Shown here in pieces: positions 19,898-29,426 of a stretch of 64,000 nucleotides of DNA. Each line of letters opens with the position of its first letter. The first letter of the stretch is position 1. A program made the position numbers and the translations under genes. The DNA is from Spirochaetia bacterium (GTDB lineage: Bacteria; Spirochaetota; Spirochaetia; DSM-2461). The stretch covers positions 576,001 through 640,000 of the forward strand of contig CAXXIA010000002.1 of the NCBI GenBank assembly GCA_963666985.2, given 5' to 3'. Below the pieces are notes generated by a model. The model was not told where the DNA came from. It did no database searches and saw nothing but the letters and a program-made list of their open reading frames with translations.

Positions 19898-20070
19898 CGA
19901 TCACCTTTCGGAGAATTCCGTTTCATCATCATTCCGACAGCCTTACTTCGATTAAATCGACATTTTGCCATAAAACCGCCCTAAGGTTCTTGAAATCTCG
20001 TCCCGCTTCCCAATTTCACGAAACCTTTTCGAAAACTTTATAAGGCGAATCAATCTCCTTAAAAAATCCT

Positions 20071-20099
20071 TTGACTTCCATGGAGACTGAGTTTACAAT
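20071..20099 (+). promoter_or_regulatory. Sigma70-type promoter of the ABC-GH2 operon
   Basis: TTGACT (20071-20076), 17-bp spacer, TACAAT (20094-20099). Confidence 0.8.
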
Positions 20100-20103
20100 C
20101 CAG

Positions 20104-20161
20104 TGTAAAGCTTTACATAATGTTTTTCAACTTTTTTTAACCGTAAATGTAAAGCTTTACA
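20104..20161. promoter_or_regulatory. Two identical LacI-type operators
   Basis: Perfect palindrome TGTAAAGCTTTACA at 20104-20117 and 20148-20161. Confidence 0.85.
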
Positions 20162-20191
20162 TAAAGAAAATCATAGAAATGGAGGTTTGCT

Positions 20192-21472
20192 ATGAATTCA
20201 AGAAAATTGCTGACGGCGGCCGTCTTGCTCCTTGCTGCGGCCGGAATGATGTTCGCCTCGGGATCGAACGGCAACCAAGCCGAAGAAGGACCGATCACAT
20301 TGACAATCTGGCACGATTTGGGCGACAAGGGCGTCGACTGGTTCAACGAAGTCGCCGCGGTATACGGTCAAAATCATCAGGATGTTACCATCGAATCGGT
20401 TACCTACCCCACGCAGCAGTGGATTGAACGGTCGATTGCGGCACTCAATACCAATACGGCGCCGGATATCATTTTCAATAATTACGAACGTGTTATCAAA
20501 GTCGAAGATCAGACCGGGAAGATAATGGATCTCAGCCGGGAGTTTTCCGCACTGCCGAAAACCGATTTTCTGAGCGAACAGGATCTGGCCATCTCCAAAT
20601 ACGGCGGTAAAATGCTGATTTTTCCCGTCCAGCGCGTTCAAATGGCCTTCGGCGTCCGTAAAAGCTGGATGGAAGCCGCCGGCAAGTCCTTTCCGGGAAC
20701 ATGGGAAGAACTGACGGCTCTCTCCGAAGCTTTTCAGAAAAAAGACGGCATTTACGGCCTGGCTTTGGAAGCGGCCAATCCGCGGGATCTGATCCACATG
20801 CTCGATCTCTTCCAATTCGGAACGGGAATAAAGCATACAATCATCGATCCGGACGGGAATCTCACCCTGGACGACCCGGCGCACCGCGACGTGGTCCGGA
20901 AAGTCATTACGGCTTTCAGAAACTACACGCCGGCCGATACCATCAACTTCAGCTTCGCCGAGATGTATCAGGTAATCGAAGGAAGCAGAGCGGGAATGTT
21001 CCGCGTGGGCGATTGGAACGTTAATAAATGGGACAAGCCCGATGTATTGAACGGCGATTTTGTCCTCGGCCCCTGGCCCGCTCTGAATCCCGGCGATAAA
21101 AACGCCGTCGTCATCGGCGGAATGCGGGGCGCCGCCGTTCCCGAGAACGCTCCTCACCGGAATCAGGCCGTGGACTTCGTCAAATTCCTTCTTGAATCCG
21201 AAGCCCAGAAACTCTCCTTCCAGTACATCGGCGCCTCCGTCCGCGGAGACTGGACACTGGACCTCAGCAATCACCAGCGTTTCTTTGCGCAGCCGCAGCA
21301 CAACTTAATCGCTTACGATTTCCCCGAATCCATTCATCCCTTCTATCCGCAGATTGAAGAGATATACCACAGACATCTTCTGCGTCTTCTGGAAGACAAG
21401 AATCTGAACATAGACAAGGTAATCGACGAAGCCAAAGCCGATATCGAAGCCTATATCCGCGACAATACTTAA
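20192..21472 (+). CDS. Sugar ABC transporter substrate-binding protein
   Basis: Signal peptide ending 'MFASG', 'ITLTIWH' and 'APDII'; precedes two CUT1 permeases. Confidence 0.92.
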   Translation: MNSRKLLTAAVLLLAAAGMMFASGSNGNQAEEGPITLTIWHDLGDKGVDWFNEVAAVYGQNHQDVTIESVTYPTQQWIERSIAALNTNTAPDIIFNNYERVIKVEDQTGKIMDLSREFSALPKTDFLSEQDLAISKYGGKMLIFPVQRVQMAFGVRKSWMEAAGKSFPGTWEELTALSEAFQKKDGIYGLALEAANPRDLIHMLDLFQFGTGIKHTIIDPDGNLTLDDPAHRDVVRKVITAFRNYTPADTINFSFAEMYQVIEGSRAGMFRVGDWNVNKWDKPDVLNGDFVLGPWPALNPGDKNAVVIGGMRGAAVPENAPHRNQAVDFVKFLLESEAQKLSFQYIGASVRGDWTLDLSNHQRFFAQPQHNLIAYDFPESIHPFYPQIEEIYHRHLLRLLEDKNLNIDKVIDEAKADIEAYIRDNT

Positions 21473-21479
21473 TCTTTGA

Positions 21480-21504
21480 CGCGGCGGACATCACGTCCGC
21501 CGCG
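21480..21504 (+). other. Stem-loop just downstream of the SBP gene
   Basis: cgcggcggac-atcac-gtccgccgcg: perfect 10-bp stem. Confidence 0.75.
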
Positions 21505-21528
21505 ATTTTCCCAAGGAGAGACGAATCC

Positions 21529-22431
21529 ATGACCGCTTTTCCCGTTAAGGACATCCGCCGGTACGGAGTACTCTATTTATTCATCCTGCCCATGCTTCTT
21601 ATCGTCGTGGTTTTCGGCATCTGGCCCATCGCGAAAAGCATGCAGATGTCCTTTACCGATAAAGGAACATCCTTATCTTTGGCTCCGGTCTATATCGGGA
21701 TGAAAAATTACATCAAAGTCTTCACGGATCCCTACTTTTGGGATTCGGTTTGGATTACGGCCAAATTCACCGTCTTCTCCGTACCGGCCAACGTTCTGGC
21801 GGCGTTTCTTCTGGCTCTGATGCTCGGCAGCCGGCAGATTCGAACCGGAAGCCTCTTTTTCAAGCTGGCGATTTTCCTTCCCGTCGTGGTGCCCATCGTC
21901 GCCACATCGGTTATATGGAAATGGATGTACAACACCGATTTCGGCGCCGTAAATGCCGTGCTTACCTCAATCGGTCTTCCCAAATGGGGCGGATTGTCCC
22001 GTTCAAATACGGTTCTCTGGTCTTTGGGAACCGTCGAATTATGGAAGCATGTGGGCCTCTATACGATTATTTTCCTGACCAATCTCCAGCTCATCGACAA
22101 GGAAATGTATGAAGCCGCGTTTATGGAGGGCGCCGGCTATGTCAAACGCATCCGGTTCATCACGATTCCCGAACTGAGACCGGCATTTATGCTCAATTTC
22201 GTATACGCAACCATCCAATTTCTCAAAACATTCGCCGTCGCCATGGTTATGACTCAAGGCGGTCCCAATTATGCGTCGAATTTCCTTTCGTATTACGCGT
22301 ATTCAAAATTCCGTTTGGCGGAATACGGACAGGCAACCGCGGTGGGAACCTTTCTTTTCATCATCGTCCTCTTAACGACATTGGCCCTGCGGCGCCTTAT
22401 GCGCGACAGGGACGAGGGAAGCCGCTCATGA
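21529..22431 (+). CDS. Carbohydrate ABC transporter permease
   Basis: 'YIGMKNY' and 'YEAAFMEGA'. Confidence 0.95.
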   Translation: MTAFPVKDIRRYGVLYLFILPMLLIVVVFGIWPIAKSMQMSFTDKGTSLSLAPVYIGMKNYIKVFTDPYFWDSVWITAKFTVFSVPANVLAAFLLALMLGSRQIRTGSLFFKLAIFLPVVVPIVATSVIWKWMYNTDFGAVNAVLTSIGLPKWGGLSRSNTVLWSLGTVELWKHVGLYTIIFLTNLQLIDKEMYEAAFMEGAGYVKRIRFITIPELRPAFMLNFVYATIQFLKTFAVAMVMTQGGPNYASNFLSYYAYSKFRLAEYGQATAVGTFLFIIVLLTTLALRRLMRDRDEGSRS

Positions 22432-23273
22432 ACACTCTTTATAGCAACCGCCCCGTCTTTCGCGTCCTGCTCTACATCGCCGCCCTCACCGCGGCCGCGA
22501 TTTTTATCTTTCCCTTCATCTGGATGCTCGCGAGTTCCTTTAAAACCACCAAAGAAATCCTTGAAAGCCCCTTAACGTTAATTTCGGGAAACTTCACGGT
22601 CAAAGCTTATGCCACACTGGCCCGAGTGGGAGGCCTGCCTTTATCCGGATACATTTGGAACTCCATCGGAATTGTCGGTCTTTCCACACTCCTGACGGTA
22701 TTCGTCACATCTCTGGGGGCATACGCCATCTGGAGAAAACCGAACATGCCTCTTTTCGGCGTGCTGGAAAAGATGTTTCTTTTGTCCATTATGTACCCCT
22801 ATATTCTCCTGCTGATGCCGGTTTATGTGGTGATGTTCCGCATCGGCCTTCTGGGCAGCCGGCTTGGAATCATCCTGTTTCTGACTCTGGGGCCTATTCA
22901 GTACTTTCTCTTCCGCGAGTTTTTCACGAAAATCCCGACGGCCCTCATCGAGTCGGCTCAAATCGACGGAGCCGGAGAAATCCAAACATTCGCAAAAATC
23001 GTCATCCCCATGGCCTCACCGGTTTTTTTCACCGTTTTCCTGCTTACATTCATTCTCAATTGGGAAAATTGGTTCCCTGTTCTGGTTATCTCGACGTCGA
23101 TGAAAACATACACGCTGCCCGTGGTTCTGCTGAATTTCGACAGTCAGCTCGAAGTCAACTTTCCGGAAATAATGGCTCTGGCCGCCATTGTTTCTCTGCC
23201 GGTAATCATCATATTCCTCTTCACGCAGCGCCGCGTTATAGAAGGTTTCGCCGCGGGGAGTGTTAAAGGATGA
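22428..23273 (+). CDS. Carbohydrate ABC transporter permease
   Basis: 'IESAQIDGAG'; C-terminal 'QRRVIEGFAAGSVKG'. Confidence 0.95.
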   Translation: MNTLYSNRPVFRVLLYIAALTAAAIFIFPFIWMLASSFKTTKEILESPLTLISGNFTVKAYATLARVGGLPLSGYIWNSIGIVGLSTLLTVFVTSLGAYAIWRKPNMPLFGVLEKMFLLSIMYPYILLLMPVYVVMFRIGLLGSRLGIILFLTLGPIQYFLFREFFTKIPTALIESAQIDGAGEIQTFAKIVIPMASPVFFTVFLLTFILNWENWFPVLVISTSMKTYTLPVVLLNFDSQLEVNFPEIMALAAIVSLPVIIIFLFTQRRVIEGFAAGSVKG

Positions 23274-24388
23274 CCCCGAAAACGGATCTTATCGGACGAA
23301 TCAGAACCGCTGTAGAGAGAGCCCGAGCATGGATGGAGAGCCGGAGATGCGCGGGCGCGCTTCCGGGAGTCACAACCTCCAGTTCCTTCCACAACCCGAA
23401 AAGATGGCCGGGAATGTGCCTTCCGGCCACATACAACATAACCGGCGCCCGCATCCTCATCGACGGTATCGGTACCCTTCCGGAGGCCGACAAAACGGGT
23501 ATCGCCGATTTTCTGGCCGGTTTTCAGGGCCCCGACGGAGACTTTTCCATGCCCGATATGAAACCCGATGAAATCTGGAAAGGGCCGAATCCGATCCGAA
23601 CGCGGAACTACATCAGCGCCCATTTGTCCAATTACGCCCGAGAAGCCCTCGGACAAACGGCCGCGGATCGTTTGCTTCCGCCGCGTTTCTGCCTGAATGA
23701 AATCTCCGGCGGCACGGAAGCCTGGCTGGAAGAACGTGATTGGAACGATCCTTGGATGGAAGGAAATTCCATCGTAAATCTGGGATCCGGCCTGGCGGAA
23801 CTCGGCCGCCTCGATCTCGTGGACGCTCTTATCGAAGGACTGAATCGCCGTCAGGATTCCCAAACCGGTTTCTGGGGAAAACAGCTTACGAATTCACGGT
23901 CCGCTCTGCTCAACGGATTCGCCGGGGCCATGCATGTTTATCATTTGTATTATTTCAGGAAAATTCCCGTTCCCGGGGCCGCCGCGGCCGTGGATGCCGG
24001 CCTGAGTCTGGCCGCAAAGGAACTCGCGGAACCGGCCGGCGCCTGCCTGGACGTCGACATAGCGGACATGCTCGCTTCCCTCTGGCCGGCGAATCATCGC
24101 CGGGGGGAAATCCGTGCGGTTTTGGAAAGTAAAATACATCAAATTCTGACTCTCCAGAACGACGACGGCGGATTCCCGGACACGCTTACCGGCATCCGGC
24201 GCTTCGACGGCTGGGCGGGCGGATACTGGGAACCTCAAGGGCTGAGCAACGCATTCGCCACATGGTTCCGACTCATAACATTGGCCATCGCCTCTTCGGT
24301 TGTTTTTCCGGAAACCGCCGATCAATGGCATTACCGCAAAACCATGGGAATCGGCTATTTCGATCCGTCCCGACTGACTGAGGTATGA
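23270..24388 (+). CDS. Uncharacterised protein with prenyltransferase/squalene-cyclase-like repeats (alpha/alpha barrel)
   Basis: Repeats 'FQGPDGDF', 'RQDSQTGFWG' and 'LQNDDGGF'; ATGA overlap with the permease. Confidence 0.65.
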   Translation: MTPKTDLIGRIRTAVERARAWMESRRCAGALPGVTTSSSFHNPKRWPGMCLPATYNITGARILIDGIGTLPEADKTGIADFLAGFQGPDGDFSMPDMKPDEIWKGPNPIRTRNYISAHLSNYAREALGQTAADRLLPPRFCLNEISGGTEAWLEERDWNDPWMEGNSIVNLGSGLAELGRLDLVDALIEGLNRRQDSQTGFWGKQLTNSRSALLNGFAGAMHVYHLYYFRKIPVPGAAAAVDAGLSLAAKELAEPAGACLDVDIADMLASLWPANHRRGEIRAVLESKIHQILTLQNDDGGFPDTLTGIRRFDGWAGGYWEPQGLSNAFATWFRLITLAIASSVVFPETADQWHYRKTMGIGYFDPSRLTEV

Positions 24389-24392
24389 CTCC

Positions 24393-26162
24393 ATGATGAA
24401 CTCCGGCACTCCCAATTTCGACTTCGGATATCTGCACGACCACAGCCGCTTAACCGCGTATCGTCAAAAGCCCGTGGATATCGGCTGGTTCACCGAAACG
24501 GGCCGAACTCCCCGACTGAATCTGAACGGATTTTGGCATTTCGAAATCGATCCCTATGATTCCGGGCTCAGGGGCGAATGGTTTCGGGAACGGAACAACA
24601 GTGATTCGTCGGTAGGACCTCCCGATTGTGATTTCGACGCCTGGGATGAGGTTACGGTTCCCGGATGCTGGAATATCCAGCGGACCGATTTGAAATATTA
24701 TGAAGGAACGGCCTGGTATGTCCGGGACTTCATGGTTGAGGAGAAGCGGAACGGATACATCTATCCCGTGGCGTTCGGCGGCACCAGCGGAGAAACCATC
24801 GTTTTCGTCAACGGAGAATTCTGCGGCTACAACGATATCCCCGGAGCACCTTTTGCCGCGGACGCCACGGACCTGCTGAGGGAAGGAAAAAACAGAATCG
24901 CCGTATGGGTAACCAATCGCCGTCATGAGGACGGCGTTCCCGGAGAATTCTACGACTGGTTTAATTACGGCGGCATCTTTCGGTCGGTCGGTCTGCACCG
25001 CGTTCCGGATGTTTATATCCGCCGCTGGAAACTATCTCTCGGTGAACATCAATGCCCGGAACTCGAAATCAGTCTGAATCGGGAAATCGATTTGAACGGC
25101 GTCGTGTCCGTCGGGAACCGAAAGTTTCCGTTTCGCACGGACAAAAAGGGAACCCATACGGCGGTGCTCGATTGGTCGCCGGAACTGTGGCATCCGGATT
25201 CTCCGAAGCTCTACGATGTTAAAATCGTCATCGGGTCCGATGAAATTTCGGACAGAATCGGATTCCGGAACATCGAAGCCGACGAAACAGGTATCCGCAT
25301 CAACGGACGCCGTATCGTCCTCAAAGGACTTGCGGTCCATGAAGACCATCCGGAAACCGGCCGCGCCCTTACCACGGAGCAGCGCCGCCTTATGCTGAAA
25401 GACGCCGTTTCCATGAACGCCAATGCGCTGAGGCTGGCGCATTATCCGCACGACGGCGAAACGGCCCGACTGGCCGATGAAGCCGGAATTCTTCTCTGGG
25501 AAGAAATCCCCGTTTACTGGCATTTGGATTTTGCCAATTCCGAAACCAGGCGCAAGGCCCGGCGGCTTATGAAATCGCTCATTTTGCGGGATGAGAACCG
25601 CGCCAGCGTCATTCTCTGGTCCATTGGAAACGAAAATCCCGATTCGGATTCCCGCCTATCTTTTATGACGAACTTGGCGGACTTATGCCGTTCCATGGAT
25701 AAAACAAGATTGGTCACCGCGGCCTGTCTTGTGGATGTTTCATCCTATCGAATCACCGATCGTTTAGCCGATGTTGTTGATGTGGTTTCCGTCAACGAAT
25801 ATTACGGATGGTACTATCCCGGTCTGGAAAGAGTCGGTGAAATTGTTCGAAGCCGATCGGACAAACCCGTAATGATCAGCGAATTCGGCGCGGGTGCCAC
25901 TTATCGCGCGGAAAACGGCCCCGCCGAACCTTGGAGTGAAGAATATCAGGCCGAGTTTTACGAGAATCAGTTCCGCGCCCTTTCGGGGATTTCAAATCTC
26001 ACCGGATATTTTCCCTGGGTATTATACGATTTTCCCAGTCCGAGGCGTCTGAACGCACACCAGCGCGGATTCAATCGAAAAGGCCTTATCACCCATAATC
26101 GGCTTCATCGGAAAAAGGCCTGTGAAACAATCCGAAAATGGTATGAGAGCATAACCGGATAA
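24393..26162 (+). CDS. GH2 beta-glucuronidase-like enzyme
   Basis: 'NYGGIFRSV', 'RLAHYP', acid/base 'WSIGNE', nucleophile 'ISEFGA' and uronate-binding N-x-K-G motif 'NRKG'. Confidence 0.9.
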   Translation: MMNSGTPNFDFGYLHDHSRLTAYRQKPVDIGWFTETGRTPRLNLNGFWHFEIDPYDSGLRGEWFRERNNSDSSVGPPDCDFDAWDEVTVPGCWNIQRTDLKYYEGTAWYVRDFMVEEKRNGYIYPVAFGGTSGETIVFVNGEFCGYNDIPGAPFAADATDLLREGKNRIAVWVTNRRHEDGVPGEFYDWFNYGGIFRSVGLHRVPDVYIRRWKLSLGEHQCPELEISLNREIDLNGVVSVGNRKFPFRTDKKGTHTAVLDWSPELWHPDSPKLYDVKIVIGSDEISDRIGFRNIEADETGIRINGRRIVLKGLAVHEDHPETGRALTTEQRRLMLKDAVSMNANALRLAHYPHDGETARLADEAGILLWEEIPVYWHLDFANSETRRKARRLMKSLILRDENRASVILWSIGNENPDSDSRLSFMTNLADLCRSMDKTRLVTAACLVDVSSYRITDRLADVVDVVSVNEYYGWYYPGLERVGEIVRSRSDKPVMISEFGAGATYRAENGPAEPWSEEYQAEFYENQFRALSGISNLTGYFPWVLYDFPSPRRLNAHQRGFNRKGLITHNRLHRKKACETIRKWYESITG

Positions 26163-26293
26163 GAGTGAATGAATCATGCCGGCAATCCATGCCCGCCTGC
26201 GTTAAAACCGCATGAGGATTCGGCAGCTTCGCGTCCATCCGAAAAAGAAAGGTTCATAACGCCCGAATAGCCGGGCTAAAGCTCTTACACACC

Positions 26294-27232
26294 CTATCCG
26301 CGATCATTCGGAAAAATCAGTTCAAGAGACTTTCCTTCGGGAGAATCGAAATATTGAAGCAGAAAGTCATAAAAATCCTTCGCGGCAATTGAAAGGCGGT
26401 ATCCCCTTTTCAATAAAATCCCCATCGTTCTCGTGCCTATTCCATCTTTAATGCGCAGAGGCCTCCCGCGAATTTTGGGAGAAGGGAATTCTTTGACATG
26501 AAACACATAGGCGGTCGATGGAACAAAAAGAAAGCCCATACTGTGTTCGAGGAGTTTATCTCCCACCTCGTTTTCAAAGCCTTCATAAATGATATCCGGC
26601 TCGAAACCGATTCTGCGGCAGTAATCGCAGATGATTTTCCTGATATTGTAGCTCGAATTGTTGAAAATGAACCGTTCATTCCGCAGATCATTCAGTGAGA
26701 TGGAGGTTTCCTTCGATAAAGGATGCTTCATTCCGACGAAAGCGAGGATTTCCTCGGAAACCAGCGGAACCCATTCGATCGCTTCCGATTCCATCGGCGA
26801 AAAAGAAATTGAAAAATCAACTTCCCCTTTTTCCAGACTTTCCCGCATTTCATCGATCGACTGAATGGTTTGCTGAATATGAACCTCCGGATGCTTAAGA
26901 AGATACGACACCAAAGGAGCGGCAATAAAACCGGATTCGGTAATGGAAAACCGGATTTTCCTCCTTATGAGTCCTTTCATTACGAGGACTTCATTTTTCC
27001 CGTCCTCAATCTCGTTAAGCGCGGTTTTCACATGCTTAAGAAACACCCTTCCCGCATCGTTAAGAGTTATTCTGTTGTTTTCTCTATCGAAAAGCTCTGT
27101 TCCGACACTGCTTTCCAAACGATGAATCGTTCTGCTCAATGCCGGCTGAGTTATCTTCAACTGCTCCGAAGCCCGTGTGATATGCTCCGTTTCCGCCACC
27201 GTTTTAAAATAGATTAACTGGTTGATTTCCAT
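26294..27232 (-). CDS. LysR-family transcriptional regulator
   Basis: 'MEINQLIYFKTVA...HITRASEQLKITQPALSRTIHRLE...LFDR'. Confidence 0.95.
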   Translation of the reverse strand: MEINQLIYFKTVAETEHITRASEQLKITQPALSRTIHRLESSVGTELFDRENNRITLNDAGRVFLKHVKTALNEIEDGKNEVLVMKGLIRRKIRFSITESGFIAAPLVSYLLKHPEVHIQQTIQSIDEMRESLEKGEVDFSISFSPMESEAIEWVPLVSEEILAFVGMKHPLSKETSISLNDLRNERFIFNNSSYNIRKIICDYCRRIGFEPDIIYEGFENEVGDKLLEHSMGFLFVPSTAYVFHVKEFPSPKIRGRPLRIKDGIGTRTMGILLKRGYRLSIAAKDFYDFLLQYFDSPEGKSLELIFPNDRG

Positions 27233-27251
27233 CAGTTGACTCCGACATAGC

Positions 27252-27267
27252 ATTACATTGATGTAAT
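27252..27267. promoter_or_regulatory. LysR-type recognition box
   Basis: ATTACAT-tg-ATGTAAT inverted repeat containing T-N11-A, 20 bp upstream of the LysR start. Confidence 0.6.
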
Positions 27268-27384
27268 CGATTCAATGTTAAGTCTGTCGGACAAAGACTG
27301 AAGAATCAACTGGTGAGGGAAAACTTCCGTACCGAATATTTCTCATTATATTCCGTACGGCATTCCACACGGCTATTCAAATCT

Positions 27385-27879
27385 TCAGCGCAGATATTCC
27401 ACCAATGGAGCAAGACCCGACCGATCCATATGATCTTTATCCCGGCCCATTTCTTCCCGAACCATCGGATCTTTCTGCATTCTCATACCCATCTTCATCA
27501 GCTTCCGATGCAGCGGCGTGAGCTCCGAGAACACGATACGGCCCCCCAAGGGCACATACTTCAAATTCGAACGAATCTGTGGTGCAAAACTTGCCTTGAA
27601 GCCGCTTTGCAGAGAAGGGTCTTCGGGAACCGCCGCGGAAGTCGTAAAGAGCGCCACCTTCTTTCCTTCCATGCGATTCCAGTTCTTCCGAATCCATCCG
27701 CCGATCTGCGGCTTGTCGGCAAACACCGGCGACCCGATAACGATCGTATCGCACGCTTCGATGTCGCCCTTTTTCACCGAACCGACGTCGACGCACTGAA
27801 AACCCGTCTCCTCCGAAAGCCACTGAGCATACCGCTCGGTCGAACCGTAATTCGACTTGTAAATAATGATTCCTTTCAT
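27385..27879 (-). CDS. Flavodoxin-domain protein (HemG/Flavodoxin_5-like)
   Basis: FMN loop 'IIYKSNYGSTERYA', 'IVIGSPV' and 'LGGR'. Confidence 0.9.
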   Translation of the reverse strand: MKGIIIYKSNYGSTERYAQWLSEETGFQCVDVGSVKKGDIEACDTIVIGSPVFADKPQIGGWIRKNWNRMEGKKVALFTTSAAVPEDPSLQSGFKASFAPQIRSNLKYVPLGGRIVFSELTPLHRKLMKMGMRMQKDPMVREEMGRDKDHMDRSGLAPLVEYLR

Positions 27880-27964
27880 CTTTTCTCCTCCGTCCTTTAA
27901 GGACGATAAATTGGTTGATTTCGTCTATTGAGGCTCTCTTGCCGGAGGGTTTTTTTCCGAAACT

Positions 27965-28603
27965 TTAAGCAGTCCGCCGGACCTTCAATCCTTCAAGAAA
28001 GAAGGCCAGGTTTTCCTTCAAGTTCGCCTCAACCTCCTCAGGCCTCCGTCCGTCAAGGGACATTAAGGTATTTTCCATATTTAAGCCGTGCATCATATAA
28101 ACGTATTGGGCGGAAATCCTCGGAACATCGCAGTCCATAATCAGTCCCTGCGCGAGGAGATCACCCAAAAGGATTTCCGTCATTTCCTTCTGAGCCGGCA
28201 AAAGTTCATCGAGAACAAAGCGCCGACACCGCTCGTCCACATACATCTCGTTGTGAAGAATCCGGTTGATCAGCGGAGTCAGCGGCGGCAGACGATTATA
28301 AAAATCCAGAACCCCTTGAAGCCAAATTTGCGCGGGGTCCGTCCGCCCGGCGACGCCCTCATCCATTTCCTTTCGGGTCAGCATGGCTCTTTTCAGTCCT
28401 TCGAGCTGATAATCCAGAACGGCCTCTAAAATGGCGTCTTTCCCCGCGTAATGGTTGTAGAGAGAACTCTCCTTAATCCCCACCGTCCGGGCCAAATCGC
28501 GCATGGAGGTTCCCCGAAAGCCCTTGGCCGCGAACAGCCCGACGGCTTCTTCGAAGATGCGCCGCTTCGTTGTTATTCCTTCTTCTTCAACCATGAAATT
28601 CAT
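27965..28603 (-). CDS. TetR/AcrR-family regulator
   Basis: 'TKRRIFEEAVGLFAAKGFRGTSMRDLA...SSLYNHY'. Confidence 0.96.
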   Translation of the reverse strand: MNFMVEEEGITTKRRIFEEAVGLFAAKGFRGTSMRDLARTVGIKESSLYNHYAGKDAILEAVLDYQLEGLKRAMLTRKEMDEGVAGRTDPAQIWLQGVLDFYNRLPPLTPLINRILHNEMYVDERCRRFVLDELLPAQKEMTEILLGDLLAQGLIMDCDVPRISAQYVYMMHGLNMENTLMSLDGRRPEEVEANLKENLAFFLEGLKVRRTA

Positions 28604-28630
28604 TCATCTTCTTTTCGCGGAGAACATATC

Positions 28631-28648
28631 CTAACTATCGTTCGTTAG
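28631..28648. promoter_or_regulatory. Putative TetR operator
   Basis: CTAAC-tatcgttc-GTTAG inverted repeat just upstream of tetR. Confidence 0.6.
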
Positions 28649-28895
28649 TCAAGAGAGTTCTGGAAAACAAGAAATTGAATGGACGGAAATCCGGACCATG
28701 CACATTGAGCCGCAGAACATTATCAATCAAGAGCCGGCTTAGGATTCGGAACTCTTCTCCTCGGCATCCCATAATCCTTATTAAAAGATGATTCGGAAGG
28801 ACCGGAAATTGCCGGGGAAAGGAGCTATCGGCATTCTCCATAGTAGGACTTTCATTCTCTTCAGGTAATAATGAGATAGGGAGAGTCTTGCGGTT

Positions 28896-29343
28896 ATGGA
28901 AATCCGAGAGTGCGATGAGAGCTTCGCCGAGGTATTGGCGGAAATCGGGAAGGAAACATATTTTGATACGTTTCATGCGATGAATACTCAAGAGACGATG
29001 CGAATTTATCTCGAAGAGGCCTTTAATCTTAAGAAAATCCGGCAAGAGCTCATGAATCCGAATTCCCAATTTTTTCTTCTTTGGGAAAATAAAAAGCCGT
29101 CGGCTTACTTCAAAATCAATTTCGCTCCGGCTCAAACGGATATCAATGACCCTGCGTCGCTGGAACTCGAGAGAATCTATGTAAGAAAAGAGTTCAAGGG
29201 TCGAGGAATCGGCCGTCTATAAACGGAACGGATTTGTCCTATTCGATACGCATCTCTTCCGTATGGGAAAGGAAGAGCAGCGGGACTATCTGTTCCGAAA
29301 AGAACTGATCCGAACAGAACCAACGGATTCCGGTGTGATTTAA
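28896..29343 (+). pseudogene. PaiA-like GNAT acetyltransferase with an internal deletion and frameshift
   Basis: ORF stops in motif A (…KGRGIGRL*, 29222). A second frame, 29218-29343, reads YKRNGFVLFDTHLFRMGKEEQRDYLFRKEL…, the PaiA-type C-terminus. The intervening 'WLGVWE.N..A..F' segment is absent. Confidence 0.85.
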
Positions 29344-29426
29344 GGGCGGGCTGTGACCGAGCATCGGAAACCGATTGAAGCAGCCGTTGAGGCATGCCGA
29401 AGAGACACAGCCCCGAAATCCGAAGC

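Noticed and set aside
20198..21301. 367-aa ORF antisense to the sugar SBP
   Set aside because: Mirror-frame shadow of a well-supported gene; no recognisable motifs.
28720..28800. 'atcaagag…cggcatcc…agatga' resembling a SAM-I riboswitch
   Set aside because: It lacks the GAGGGA/GGCCC pseudoknot and GGUGC core, and the downstream gene is unrelated to methionine.
29210..29225. Programmed frameshift or readthrough in the GNAT gene
   Set aside because: There is no slippery sequence, and a frameshift would still leave essential GNAT elements missing.
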